Shown one piece after another: positions 24,214-33,688 of a DNA stretch of 41,273 nt. The notes beneath the pieces are model-generated. The model searched no databases, had not been told where the DNA came from, and was given only the letters and a program-made list of their open reading frames with translations. Position 1 is the stretch's first letter. The number at the start of each line of letters is the position of its first letter. Where the stretch lies: IMG/VR virus record IMGVR_UViG_3300049715_000002, positions 1 to 41,273 of that record, one strand, 5' to 3'. The position numbers and the translations under genes are program-made. The DNA is from a virus (Duplodnaviria > Caudoviricetes).

Positions 24214-24917
24214 CGGACTTCTCTAGCCGCAATCACATCCCGATCCGGGAAAACCGCAGTCGCCCCTTTGAGGGCATGGACCTACGCGAAGTCGACAACG
24301 GGTCCGGCGGTTCTACGCTGCGTTTCACTGGCTATGCCAGCGTGACGGAAACCCCGTACGAAATGCAGGACTTCCTAGGCGACTACTCCGAAGTCGTCCG
24401 GACTGGCGCTTTCGCTCGCACGCTGGCCGAAGGGGCAGACGTCCCCTTCAAGTTGAACCACAACGGCATGACGCTTGCCCGGACTAAGTCCGGCACGATG
24501 CGGCTTGCCGAAGATTCGCGCGGTCTGCACGTGGAGGCGGACCTAGACCCGGCAAACGGGCAGGTTCGCGATATCCGCAGTGCCATGGATCGTGGCGACC
24601 TTGACGAAATGAGCTTCGCGTTCCGCGTGACTCATCAGGAATGGTCGCCCGACTGGACGCAGCGAGACATTACCGAAGTCGACCTGAACAAGGGCGATGT
24701 CTCGATTGTCAACTACGGGGCTAACCCGCACACCAGCGGACTTACCACGCTCCGCAGCGCGCTGACTTCCGGTGGCATGACCCGGGATCAGCTTGAAGCC
24801 CTGTTGCGCTCCATCCCGGAGCTTGAAGACATGGTTTCTGCCCGGCCGAGTGCGCCGGAACCCCGCAGCGAAGACCTTTCGCTGTATGAGGCGCGGTTGC
24901 GCGCCCTGCACCTATAG
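24210..24917 (+). CDS. HK97-family prohead protease
   Basis: FTGYASV, GAFARTL, NH, EMSFAF, DVSIV. Confidence 0.95.
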   Translation: MTDFSSRNHIPIRENRSRPFEGMDLREVDNGSGGSTLRFTGYASVTETPYEMQDFLGDYSEVVRTGAFARTLAEGADVPFKLNHNGMTLARTKSGTMRLAEDSRGLHVEADLDPANGQVRDIRSAMDRGDLDEMSFAFRVTHQEWSPDWTQRDITEVDLNKGDVSIVNYGANPHTSGLTTLRSALTSGGMTRDQLEALLRSIPELEDMVSARPSAPEPRSEDLSLYEARLRALHL

Positions 24918-24919
24918 GC

Positions 24920-24941
24920 CACCTACCAATTTTGGTACGTG
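24920..24941. promoter_or_regulatory. Repressor operator
   Basis: CACCTACCAATTTTGGTACGTG. Confidence 0.85.
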
Positions 24942-24973
24942 CGCAACCGTTTCCATTCCCGAAGGGATTTCAC

Positions 24974-26311
24974 GTGGATAAGCGTGCTCTAATTTCCGAT
25001 CTTGTCGCGAAGCGTTCGGCTGAGCGTGCCACCCTTGACGCGATGCTTGAGGCCGCGAAGGCTTCTGAGGCTCGTTCGCTGGGTGAGGACGACAAGGTCA
25101 AGTTTGACGCCGGTGAGGCTGAGATTCGGTCGCTTGACGAGCGGATCGCGGAGCTTGACGCGCAGGTTCGCGCTGACGAGGCTGCTGCGGACATGGCGAA
25201 GCGCTATGCGCCGAAGGCTGGCGTTCAGTCGGTCAAGGAACCTGAGATTTACCGTTCCGGTCTGGGCGGTCAGTCGTACTTCCGCGACATGTGGAACTCT
25301 CGCCAGAACGGCGACACTGCGGCTATGGATCGGCTCGTCCGGAACAACAAGGGTCGTGCGCTGGAAGAGCGTGCCATCAGTACCACGAACGGTGCCGGTG
25401 GTGAGTTTGTGCCGCCGGTCTGGCTGGAGCAGGAGTTCATTAAGCTTGCGCGTCCGGGTCGCATCACCGCGAACCTCGTTCCGACGCAGCCGCTTCCCGC
25501 CGGTACCGATTCGCTTAACATTCCGAAGGTCAACACCGGTACGGCCGTTGGCGTTCAGGGTACGCAGAACACTGCGGTTACTCAGCAGGACCTTACGACC
25601 ACGTCGGTTAGCTCCGCTGTGACCACCATTGCTGGTGGCCAGACCGTTTCGCTTCAGCTCATCGAGCAGAGTCCGCTTAACGTCGATGACGTGGTTCTGG
25701 CTGACCTTGCTGCCGCGTATGCCGTGCAGTACGACACCCTGATCCTGTCCGGGTCGGGCACCGGTGGTAACCCGACTGGTCTTCTGACGCTGTCCGGCAC
25801 CAATGCGGTTACCGTCTCGGCGACCGACGTTCCTTCGCTGTACAAGGCGATTGCGAACGCCATTCAGCAGGTTCACACGAACCGATTCCTGCCGCCGGAC
25901 CGCATCATCATGCACCCGCGCCGGTGGGCTGCTCTGCTCGCGTCTGTCGACGCCTCGAACCGTCCGCTGATTGTCCCGAACGGTCAGCCTCAGTTCAACG
26001 GTGTTGCTGAGCAGGCGGGGGTTCAGTCTCAGGGCTACGTCGGCACCATTCAGGGTCTGCCGGTCTACGTTGACGCGCTGATCCCGACCAACGGTGGTGC
26101 TGGTACCAACCAGGACACCATCATTGTTGGCCGGTTCGCTGACCTGATGGCGTGGGAGGGCAACGTCAAGGCTGAAGCCTTCCCTCAGACGTACGCTAAC
26201 CAGCTATCGGTTTTCGTGCGGCTGTACAACTACATGTCGTTCCAGCCTGCCCGCTACCCGAAGTCGCTTTCCGTGATTTCCGGTGCCGGTCTGGTTCCGC
26301 CCACCTTCTAA
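24974..26311 (+). CDS. Major capsid protein, HK97 fold with N-terminal delta domain
   Basis: Coiled-coil N-terminus, GGEFVPP, LSGSGTGGNPTGLL, IIMHPRRW. Confidence 0.95.
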   Translation: MDKRALISDLVAKRSAERATLDAMLEAAKASEARSLGEDDKVKFDAGEAEIRSLDERIAELDAQVRADEAAADMAKRYAPKAGVQSVKEPEIYRSGLGGQSYFRDMWNSRQNGDTAAMDRLVRNNKGRALEERAISTTNGAGGEFVPPVWLEQEFIKLARPGRITANLVPTQPLPAGTDSLNIPKVNTGTAVGVQGTQNTAVTQQDLTTTSVSSAVTTIAGGQTVSLQLIEQSPLNVDDVVLADLAAAYAVQYDTLILSGSGTGGNPTGLLTLSGTNAVTVSATDVPSLYKAIANAIQQVHTNRFLPPDRIIMHPRRWAALLASVDASNRPLIVPNGQPQFNGVAEQAGVQSQGYVGTIQGLPVYVDALIPTNGGAGTNQDTIIVGRFADLMAWEGNVKAEAFPQTYANQLSVFVRLYNYMSFQPARYPKSLSVISGAGLVPPTF

Positions 26312-26333
26312 TTGAGCCCGTAACGGTCGGGGT

Positions 26334-26355
26334 CACCTACCAATTTCGGTATGTG
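26334..26355. promoter_or_regulatory. Repressor operator within a longer hairpin
   Basis: CACCTACCAATTTCGGTATGTG flanked by AACGGTCGGGGT/GCCCCGGCCGTT. Confidence 0.85.
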
Positions 26356-26391
26356 GCCCCGGCCGTTTCTCATGACGACGAAAGGAACCAG

Positions 26392-26631
26392 ATGAACCCG
26401 ATCAACTACGCGAACGGCCTGGTTGATGAGCTTGGCTTCGCGCAGGCGTACAAGGATAAGGCTCGCGAAGCGACTGTGCGCAGTGAGCTTCAGTGGGCGC
26501 TCGATGAAATGAACAAGGTCGACGCTGAGAAGCTCAGCGACCGGACCCGCGAACTACTCACTGAGGCTGTCGAGTCCGCAACTGATGCGCTGGCCAACAA
26601 GCCGAAGCGCACTGCTAGGCCTGCGGAGTAG
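26392..26631 (+). CDS. Small head-associated hypothetical protein
   Basis: RBS AAAGGA; follows capsid. Confidence 0.8.
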   Translation: MNPINYANGLVDELGFAQAYKDKAREATVRSELQWALDEMNKVDAEKLSDRTRELLTEAVESATDALANKPKRTARPAE

Positions 26632-26639
26632 GGGGAGCA

Positions 26640-27530
26640 ATGCCGCTGATCTACTTCGCGGGACAGGACGTAGCGCTTACGGCTAACCCGCTGGACGACA
26701 GCGGCAACCCCGTCAGTGGCGCTGTAAGCGTCTCTGTGACCGTGACAGACCCAACCGGGTCGACCAGTACCCCGGCAGTCTCCGGGCCCGTCAGCGGGGC
26801 GTACACGGCCGTTGTCAGCTCCGCTAGCGTCGCCGGTGTGTGGCTGGTCCGATGGACAGCGACGGGAACCGGGGTCAACTGGACATCTGAGACTCAGTTC
26901 CAGGTGCGTCCGCTGGGTGTCGAACAGCTAGTAGACCTCCCCAGCGTGAAGGCGCACCTGAACATCCCGTCGACCGACAACCGGCAAGACGATGAGCTTC
27001 AAGGGTTCATCCTTGCTGCGGCGGAGCTTGCTCGTAATCACTGCGGGCCGTTCCTCCCGGAAACGCACACTGAGTTCTACGACGGTGGCAAGCCAAAGAT
27101 CGTGCCGGACTTCGTGCCGGTTCAAACGATGCTGTCCATCACGGAGTACTACGGGCTTTCAGCCTTCCCACTGACCGAGCAGCAGCTAGGACAGCAGTTC
27201 AGCGCATTCGCCTACACCGTGGACTACACAACGGGCGAGATCACGCGCCGCACCTTCGGTGGTGAGTCCGCTCAGTTCGCCTTCGGCAGCAAGAACATCA
27301 AGGTTGTGTACACCGCCGGTCGCGCTGGGGGAGTTCCCTGGACCGTGCGCCTAGGTGTGCTGGAGCTGATCCGGCATCTCTGGCAGATGACGCAACAGGG
27401 TGGCGGACGCCCGAAGTTCAACTCTGGCGCCTATGACGGGGGAGAGGCCGTGGTTCCCACGGGCTTTGCCATTCCGTCCCGCGTGCTTGAGCTGTGGCAA
27501 CCGCTCTACCGGGGACCGGGGATCGCATGA
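26640..27530 (+). CDS. Head-tail connector with N-terminal Ig-like domain
   Basis: Beta-rich N-terminal ~90 aa, then LVDLPSVKAHLNI..DDELQGFILAA...VVYTAG. Confidence 0.8.
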   Translation: MPLIYFAGQDVALTANPLDDSGNPVSGAVSVSVTVTDPTGSTSTPAVSGPVSGAYTAVVSSASVAGVWLVRWTATGTGVNWTSETQFQVRPLGVEQLVDLPSVKAHLNIPSTDNRQDDELQGFILAAAELARNHCGPFLPETHTEFYDGGKPKIVPDFVPVQTMLSITEYYGLSAFPLTEQQLGQQFSAFAYTVDYTTGEITRRTFGGESAQFAFGSKNIKVVYTAGRAGGVPWTVRLGVLELIRHLWQMTQQGGGRPKFNSGAYDGGEAVVPTGFAIPSRVLELWQPLYRGPGIA

Positions 27531-27994
27531 CCATTCCGTCCAGCACAGCGCCAGCCGTCCGCCAGTGGCTCTACGACCAGTGCACGGCGGGGCTCGCGCC
27601 GGATCCGGTGAACACCCGTGCTTCGCTGCTCGTCTGCTTTGACCAGCCTGGCCCGAATGAACCTGACGACATTGTTGCCATTGGCCGTGTCCGGCGTCAG
27701 CTCGAAGTGGCCGGGATGATCGGCGGGGGTGGCGCTGGCTGGCTTGACGAGAACTACACCGTAGAAATCGTCATCGACGTCTTCCGCGCTGCTGACATTG
27801 GCCAGGTTGCCTATCAGCGCGCCATGGACCTAGCCAACGGCGTGATTGCCATTGTCCGCAGTGACTTGACCCTGGGCGGCCATGTCATCAAGTCCAAGCC
27901 CGTCAGCGACACCGAAGAAGTCGAGTGGGACACCGACCACGGCGGTAAGCGGGCAACGGTCACTGTCGAAATCGAGTGCGTTACGAGGATCTAA
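27527..27994 (+). CDS. Putative tail terminator/neck protein
   Basis: Position, ATGA overlap, VRSDLTLGG motif. Confidence 0.65.
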   Translation: MTIPSSTAPAVRQWLYDQCTAGLAPDPVNTRASLLVCFDQPGPNEPDDIVAIGRVRRQLEVAGMIGGGGAGWLDENYTVEIVIDVFRAADIGQVAYQRAMDLANGVIAIVRSDLTLGGHVIKSKPVSDTEEVEWDTDHGGKRATVTVEIECVTRI

Positions 27995-28218
27995 TGCCTG
28001 CCTTCAAGTACACCGGCGCAGATGAGCGCTACTACCCGTCCCTCTCGCTACTGGTGCAGCCGGGCGACAGCGTGACGCTTGACCACGATCCCGGGGACGG
28101 CCGTTTCGTCTCCACTGATGGCGCTCCGGCGCCTGCCCCGGTTGCACCTGCGCCGGTTCCTGTTCCCGCGCCGGTTGCCGATTCGGCGCCCGCTGATTCT
28201 CCGGAAGTTGGTGTCTAA
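27994..28218 (+). CDS. Small hypothetical virion-region protein
   Basis: TAATG coupling at both ends; PA-rich tail. Confidence 0.75.
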   Translation: MPAFKYTGADERYYPSLSLLVQPGDSVTLDHDPGDGRFVSTDGAPAPAPVAPAPVPVPAPVADSAPADSPEVGV

Positions 28219-29183
28219 TGCCGAAGGCAACACAGCTATCGTTTCTCGGTATTGCGAAGGAAGTCACCCCTGGTACTGGGGTTGCGTCGACTGCGTTCAT
28301 TCCGGTCACGCAGATCACCCCGAAGGACAACCTGACCCTTCTACAGGACAAGGGATACAGGGGCTCTTTCGTTGACGTCTATGACGAAATTGCCGGTACT
28401 CTCTCGGCGACGGTCGATTTTGATGGTGACGTCTTCCCGGACACGATCGGCTACATGCTCGCTGGTGTTCTGGGCGACGTGACCACCACGGGCGCGAGTG
28501 CTCCCTTTACGCACAACTTCAGCGTACTGAACACTGGCAACGGCCAGCCGCGAAGCTACACGCTCAATGACAACTATGTTGCCGGAAACCGCCAGTACGC
28601 GGGAGCGATGTTCTCTGAGGTGGGCTTCAAGTTCACTGATGACGGTCTTCTGACACACAGCTCGAAGACGACCACCTTCGGTAGCGCCCCGGTTGCTGCG
28701 CCGACCACGTCGTTCAGCACTATCCCGCCGCTGGTTGGCTGGCAGGGTGCCGCGACGATTGGCGGTGTCGCCAACACCAACGTTATGGATGGTGAGGTCA
28801 CCATCAAGCGCACGGTGACGGTTCTGAACACCGTTGACGGTTCGCAGGCGCCTCACACGATTTGGGCCGGTCCCGTTCAGGTGGACGGTAAGGCCACCCT
28901 GATCATGGAAGACGACACGCAGCTAACCAACTACCTCACCAACGCGAAGCCTTCGATCGAATTCAACTTCAGCGCTGGTACTGGTGCGGCGGCCGTTCAG
29001 CTCAAGCTGCACATGTCTAAGTGCGCGATCAGCGCTGCGGACATCACGCGTGGCAAGGATTACGTCGAAATTCCGATCACGTTCACTGCCATTGCGAACA
29101 TCACTGACGTAGGTACTTCCGGCGGTTACAGCCCCATCAAGGTGACCGTTCAGAATGCCGTGACTTCCGGGACGTACAACTAA
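28218..29183 (+). CDS. Major tail tube protein
   Basis: LGIAKEVTPG start, Thr/Gly-rich beta sequence, precedes chaperone and TMP. Confidence 0.85.
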   Translation: MPKATQLSFLGIAKEVTPGTGVASTAFIPVTQITPKDNLTLLQDKGYRGSFVDVYDEIAGTLSATVDFDGDVFPDTIGYMLAGVLGDVTTTGASAPFTHNFSVLNTGNGQPRSYTLNDNYVAGNRQYAGAMFSEVGFKFTDDGLLTHSSKTTTFGSAPVAAPTTSFSTIPPLVGWQGAATIGGVANTNVMDGEVTIKRTVTVLNTVDGSQAPHTIWAGPVQVDGKATLIMEDDTQLTNYLTNAKPSIEFNFSAGTGAAAVQLKLHMSKCAISAADITRGKDYVEIPITFTAIANITDVGTSGGYSPIKVTVQNAVTSGTYN

Positions 29184-29614
29184 TGCAGCATCTTGCCCTT
29201 CCCTCCGGCGCTACCGCTGACCTTCGTGACGTCGCTGATGTCACTGAGCGGAACCGGCGCCCGATCAAGCGAATTCAGACGAAGCTAGCCGGTCTGCCGG
29301 ACTTCGTGCACGCAGTTGAGGAGGCTAAGGCTCAGAAGGAGGGGGAGGAGCTTACCCCCGAGCAGCAACTGACCATTGCTGCGGGTATGGGCGAGGCCTT
29401 CGATCTGCTCGAAGAGCTGAACGACGCGCTTGTTGTTGCCCTGGTGGCCGGTTGGTCGTACGGGTTCCCCGTGACCGTGGACAACGTCCAGGATCTCCCG
29501 GGCCGTGACCTTGACGCCCTTCGCGCTGTGACTGCTCCGTATCTCGCGCAGCTTGCGCCGGACTTCGAGCCGGACAAGGATCCGGCGTCCCCTACCGTAG
29601 CCTCCGTCGCCTAA
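29183..29614 (+). CDS. Tail assembly chaperone (G)
   Basis: Position; ends DPASPT at the frameshift site. Confidence 0.85.
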   Translation: MQHLALPSGATADLRDVADVTERNRRPIKRIQTKLAGLPDFVHAVEEAKAQKEGEELTPEQQLTIAAGMGEAFDLLEELNDALVVALVAGWSYGFPVTVDNVQDLPGRDLDALRAVTAPYLAQLAPDFEPDKDPASPTVASVA

Positions 29615-29823
29615 CGGAGGCTCTTTCCCACAAGGGTGGGAGCACCTACACGGCGGATGAACTCCCCAGCGAGGAATACCGGATATGGCGACTGTGCACG
29701 CTGCTGCATTGTCGCCCCTCCGAACTCGATGGGGAGTCCGCCGTAACCCTTGATTGGCTACTGGCAACCGATGACGCCGTAGAGAAAGCCCGAAAGATTG
29801 TTGAGGAGCGTGCCAATGGCTGA
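29590..29823 (+). CDS. Tail assembly chaperone -1 frameshift extension (GT)
   Basis: Start-less -1 ORF PYRSLRRL...LCTLLHCRPSELD...NG*; CCCCT run followed by a 9-bp hairpin at 29599-29622. Confidence 0.75.
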   Translation, partial: PYRSLRRLTEALSHKGGSTYTADELPSEEYRIWRLCTLLHCRPSELDGESAVTLDWLLATDDAVEKARKIVEERANG

Positions 29824-30307
29824 AGACTCAATGGGCTTTGTCATCAAGGGAATCCCTGAAGCCATCGGCAAACTAGAGCGCAAGATGAGTGCCACCAACG
29901 TAGGTACGCGTACGGCGCTGGGCAAGGCAACCAGCTACACCCGAACGCGAATCAAGGGCGGCATGCGCGGCGCACCCCGCTGGGACCGAAAGGGCCGTGA
30001 CAAGGTCACTGGTCAGATGGGCGTGAACCTGAACCGAAGCCCTCACCGCGTACAGCGAAGCGGGGGACCGGGTCAGTTGACCGGCAGTCTGTACCGGTCG
30101 ATTCGGAAGAGCCGACTACCCAGACTCGAAGGCGAAGGCGCCTACTCGCAAGTGGTCATGGCCGGTGGTGACGGTGGCTTCCAGAACCGTTACAAGGGCA
30201 CCGTCGAAGGGAAGTACCCGTACTTCAAGCCCGGCGTCGACAAGGCCGCACCAAAGTTGCGGACCATCTTCGAGTCCGCATGGGGGACAGCGGTAAACAA
30301 GTCGTGA
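29816..30307 (+). CDS. HK97 gp10-like tail/neck protein
   Basis: IKGIPEAIGKL, PGQLTGSLYRSI, KYPYFKPG; basic. Confidence 0.65.
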   Translation: MAEDSMGFVIKGIPEAIGKLERKMSATNVGTRTALGKATSYTRTRIKGGMRGAPRWDRKGRDKVTGQMGVNLNRSPHRVQRSGGPGQLTGSLYRSIRKSRLPRLEGEGAYSQVVMAGGDGGFQNRYKGTVEGKYPYFKPGVDKAAPKLRTIFESAWGTAVNKS

Positions 30308-30308
30308 C

Positions 30309-30330
30309 CACCTACCAATTTTGGTACGTG
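30309..30330. promoter_or_regulatory. Repressor operator
   Basis: CACCTACCAATTTTGGTACGTG. Confidence 0.85.
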
Positions 30331-30346
30331 CTAGGGAGGTAGAACC

Positions 30347-33300
30347 GTGAGTGCGCTGCCTCCGGTGTTCATCGAATTCCTCGGTAAGTCTACGGGCTTT
30401 ATGGCCACGGCCCGTGGCGTCAAGGCTGAGCTAGCTTCCGTCGATAAAGAGGGCGGCGGAAGTATGGCCAAGATGGGCGCCGTTTCTAAGGCGGCGCTCT
30501 TGGGTATTGGCGTAGCCGCTGGCGTAGCTGCCGTGAAGTCCGTCAAGATGGCCGCTGACTTTCAGTCGTCCATGCTTTCCCTCAACACGCAGGCTGGCGT
30601 CAGTAAGGACAAGATATCCGGGCTGAGTACCGGTGTGCTGAATCTCGCCGGACAGGTCGGCTTCGCGCCCGACTCGCTAGCGCAGGCGCTGTATCACATT
30701 GAGTCGTCGTTTGCCTCAGTTGGCATTACCGGCCCGCGCGCCATGGATCTACTCAAGGTCTCGGCCGAAGGTGCAGCCGTGGGTCATGCCGATCTAGTGG
30801 ACGTGACGAACGCCCTAGACGCTGCTGTAGCGTCCGGCATTCCCGGCGTGCAGAACCTGTCACAGGCCATGGGTGCGCTTAACGCCATCGTCGGTTCCGG
30901 TGATATGGAAATGCAGGATCTAGCCGACGCGCTAGGTACCGGTGTTCTGGCCGTGGTCAAGGGATACGGCCTTTCACTTAGCGACGTGGGCGCAGCGCTG
31001 GCCACCTTCGGCGATAACAACATCCGTGGTGCGGCTGCTGCAACCGATCTGCGCATGGCCGTTCAGGCGCTGGCCGTTCCTGCCGCCGCAGGTAAAAAGG
31101 CGTTGGCCGGTATGGGCTTCAGCATGACGAGCCTTCAGAAGGACATGCAGAAGGGCGGATTGAAGCTAGCCCTGAATGACCTTATGGAGCACATGCGCAA
31201 GACCGGTATCACGGCCAAGACGCAGGGTGCAGTGATCACCCAAATCTTCGGCAAGAAAGCCGGTTCCGGTCTGGCCGTTCTGCTCGGTCAGCTTGACCGT
31301 GTGAACTCGAAGTACCCCGAGCTTGCCAAGGGTGCTAACGGGTTCGGCAACGCATGGCAGAGCACTTCACAGAGCTTCAACCAGCGAGTGAAGGAACTAC
31401 AGGCAGGCTTCCAGGCGCTGGCCATCAAGATTGGCACGGTGCTTCTGCCGTACGCAACGAAGTTCATTGGGTGGCTTTCGCAAGGGGCCACGCTGATAAC
31501 CAGCCACCGGACGGCCGTGATAGCCCTGGGGGCCGCTATTGGCGGCATCCTGACTATTGGCCTAGCCGCTGCTGCCGTAGCCGCGTGGAACTTCACAGCG
31601 GCGATTCTCGCCAACCCGGTCACCTGGATTGTCGTTGGCGTCATGGCGCTGGTTGCCGGTCTGGTGATGCTCATTACGCACTGGAAGCAAGTGTGGGGGT
31701 GGATCAAGACTGACATCCCCGGTGTGGCGAACTTCTTCAAGGCGACATGGCGGCTGGCAATGAGCGCCGTGAATGCCGTCTGGTCGGCCACGATGACCGC
31801 CATTCACGCTGTCGCGAAGTGGTTCAACGACAACGTGATCAAGTGGCTCGACGCCCGAATGAAGGATTTTCAGGGCTGGTGGAAGGGTCACGCCACTGAG
31901 CTTTCGCAGGTGTGGCAACTGCTCTGGAAGGAAGTGCAGCTAGCCGCCGGGGTCGTCTGGGACTTCCTAAAGGTCGGAATCACTGCCCTGACGACCGTTT
32001 TCCGGGTCGGATGGGACATCATTTCCGGCGTAGTGAAGACCGCGTGGGCGCTGATTTCCGGTGCCGTGACTACCGGCTATCACTTCGTGCTGAACATCTT
32101 CGGTGTCCTGATCGATGCGCTAACGGGCCACTGGTCTAAGGCGTGGTCGGATATCAAGCACCTTCTATCGCAGGCGTTCAGCGATATCGTCAACACGATC
32201 AAGAGTTCCGTCAGCAACTTCGGTTCCATGCTCTACAGTGCCGGAAAGGACCTAATCCAGGGTCTGATCAATGGCGTCAAGAACATGGCGAGTGCCGCAT
32301 GGGACGCAGTGAAGAGCGTCGGTTCTGGTCTGAAGCATGCAGCGATGTCGATTCTCGGTATCAAGAGCCCGTCTCGCGTCTTCCGTGACGAAGTCGGTAA
32401 GTGGATCCCGCTAGGTCTCGCCGAAGGCATCACGGCCAACGCGCCTGCCGCGCACGCTGCAATGGCGGACACGGCTAACGGTCTGGTCGACTCGTTCAGT
32501 TCCACGCTGGGCATTGCTTCGCCTTCGAAGGTGTTCCGGCAGCTTGGCCTGTGGGTGAATCAGGGTCTAGTCGATGGCATGACGGGTTCGCTCCCGAAGG
32601 TGAAGAGCGCCGTTAAGAAGACTGAGTCTGAGCTGATCTCGGCGAAGAACCGTCTTCAGGACATGCTAGGGACGAAGTCCGCGCGTGGCTACAACGGATG
32701 GATCCGGCAGCACGAAGCCGCCATTTCGCGCCTTGAGAAGTCGGTTTCCCGAGAGGGCACCCAGCTCGAAAGGATGGCGAACAAGCGGCTCACCATTGCT
32801 GCGAAGCTCAAGGATGCACAGAAGCAACTAGCCACCCTTCAGAAGGACTGGACGAAGGAACGCGACAGCGTAGCTTCGAACATCATGCAGGGCGCCAGCG
32901 TGGTCATGCAGCAGTCGACCAGTGGCGCAGCGCTCACCGCTGGCGACGTCGTGGCGAACATGCAGGATCAGGTGTCCGCCGCAATGCACTTCGCGGATGA
33001 ACTGCATGCGTTGCAGAAGCGCGGCCTTTCCGCTGACCTGATCAACCAGATTGCAGCCGCAGGCGTTGACCAGGGTGGTACTACGGCGCAGGCGCTCATG
33101 TCGGCTAACAGCGATCAGCTGAAGCAACTGAACGGTATGCAGGGTCAAATGAAGAATGCCGCCAATAGTGTTGGTGGTGCTGTCGCTGACTCGATGTACG
33201 GAACGGGCATTAACGCTGCCAAGGGTCTTATCAAGGGGCTTCAGTCCCAGGAAAAGGCCATTGATAAGCAGATGCTGCGTATTGCGAAGTCCATGGAAAC

Positions 33301-33631
33301 GCAGATTAAGAAGGCGCTGGGTATTCACTCGCCTTCGCGCCTGTTCCATGAGATTGGGCAGTTCGTGACGTCCGGTCTGGTCAACGGCATCGACGCTGGC
33401 AACAACGACGTGCGGAACGCTGCTAGCCGCATGGCTGACGCCGTGGTCCGTGGTTCCGACATTCCCGCGCTGAGTGGCAGTGCCGCAGGCGGGGCGGTTG
33501 TTCAGCACAACGTGCACATCGAGGTACACGGTTCTGTCCGCAGCGATCGTGACCTTCGGGACGTTGTCATACAGGAAATGCAGCGCTACGGCGGACGCAA
33601 CTCCGTGACGTACGCGCAGGCGAAGCGCTAA
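30347..33631 (+). CDS. Tape measure protein
   Basis: 1094 aa, Ala/Gly-rich, Trp-spaced repeats, three LGI.SPS..F motifs. Confidence 0.96.
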   Translation: MSALPPVFIEFLGKSTGFMATARGVKAELASVDKEGGGSMAKMGAVSKAALLGIGVAAGVAAVKSVKMAADFQSSMLSLNTQAGVSKDKISGLSTGVLNLAGQVGFAPDSLAQALYHIESSFASVGITGPRAMDLLKVSAEGAAVGHADLVDVTNALDAAVASGIPGVQNLSQAMGALNAIVGSGDMEMQDLADALGTGVLAVVKGYGLSLSDVGAALATFGDNNIRGAAAATDLRMAVQALAVPAAAGKKALAGMGFSMTSLQKDMQKGGLKLALNDLMEHMRKTGITAKTQGAVITQIFGKKAGSGLAVLLGQLDRVNSKYPELAKGANGFGNAWQSTSQSFNQRVKELQAGFQALAIKIGTVLLPYATKFIGWLSQGATLITSHRTAVIALGAAIGGILTIGLAAAAVAAWNFTAAILANPVTWIVVGVMALVAGLVMLITHWKQVWGWIKTDIPGVANFFKATWRLAMSAVNAVWSATMTAIHAVAKWFNDNVIKWLDARMKDFQGWWKGHATELSQVWQLLWKEVQLAAGVVWDFLKVGITALTTVFRVGWDIISGVVKTAWALISGAVTTGYHFVLNIFGVLIDALTGHWSKAWSDIKHLLSQAFSDIVNTIKSSVSNFGSMLYSAGKDLIQGLINGVKNMASAAWDAVKSVGSGLKHAAMSILGIKSPSRVFRDEVGKWIPLGLAEGITANAPAAHAAMADTANGLVDSFSSTLGIASPSKVFRQLGLWVNQGLVDGMTGSLPKVKSAVKKTESELISAKNRLQDMLGTKSARGYNGWIRQHEAAISRLEKSVSREGTQLERMANKRLTIAAKLKDAQKQLATLQKDWTKERDSVASNIMQGASVVMQQSTSGAALTAGDVVANMQDQVSAAMHFADELHALQKRGLSADLINQIAAAGVDQGGTTAQALMSANSDQLKQLNGMQGQMKNAANSVGGAVADSMYGTGINAAKGLIKGLQSQEKAIDKQMLRIAKSMETQIKKALGIHSPSRLFHEIGQFVTSGLVNGIDAGNNDVRNAASRMADAVVRGSDIPALSGSAAGGAVVQHNVHIEVHGSVRSDRDLRDVVIQEMQRYGGRNSVTYAQAKR

Positions 33632-33642
33632 GGGTGGGGGAC

Positions 33643-33664
33643 CACCTACCGAAATTGGTATGTG
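33643..33664. promoter_or_regulatory. Repressor operator within a longer hairpin
   Basis: CACCTACCGAAATTGGTATGTG flanked by AGGGTGGGGGAC/GTCCCCACTCT. Confidence 0.85.
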
Positions 33665-33688
33665 GTCCCCACTCTGGGAGGGCAAGCA

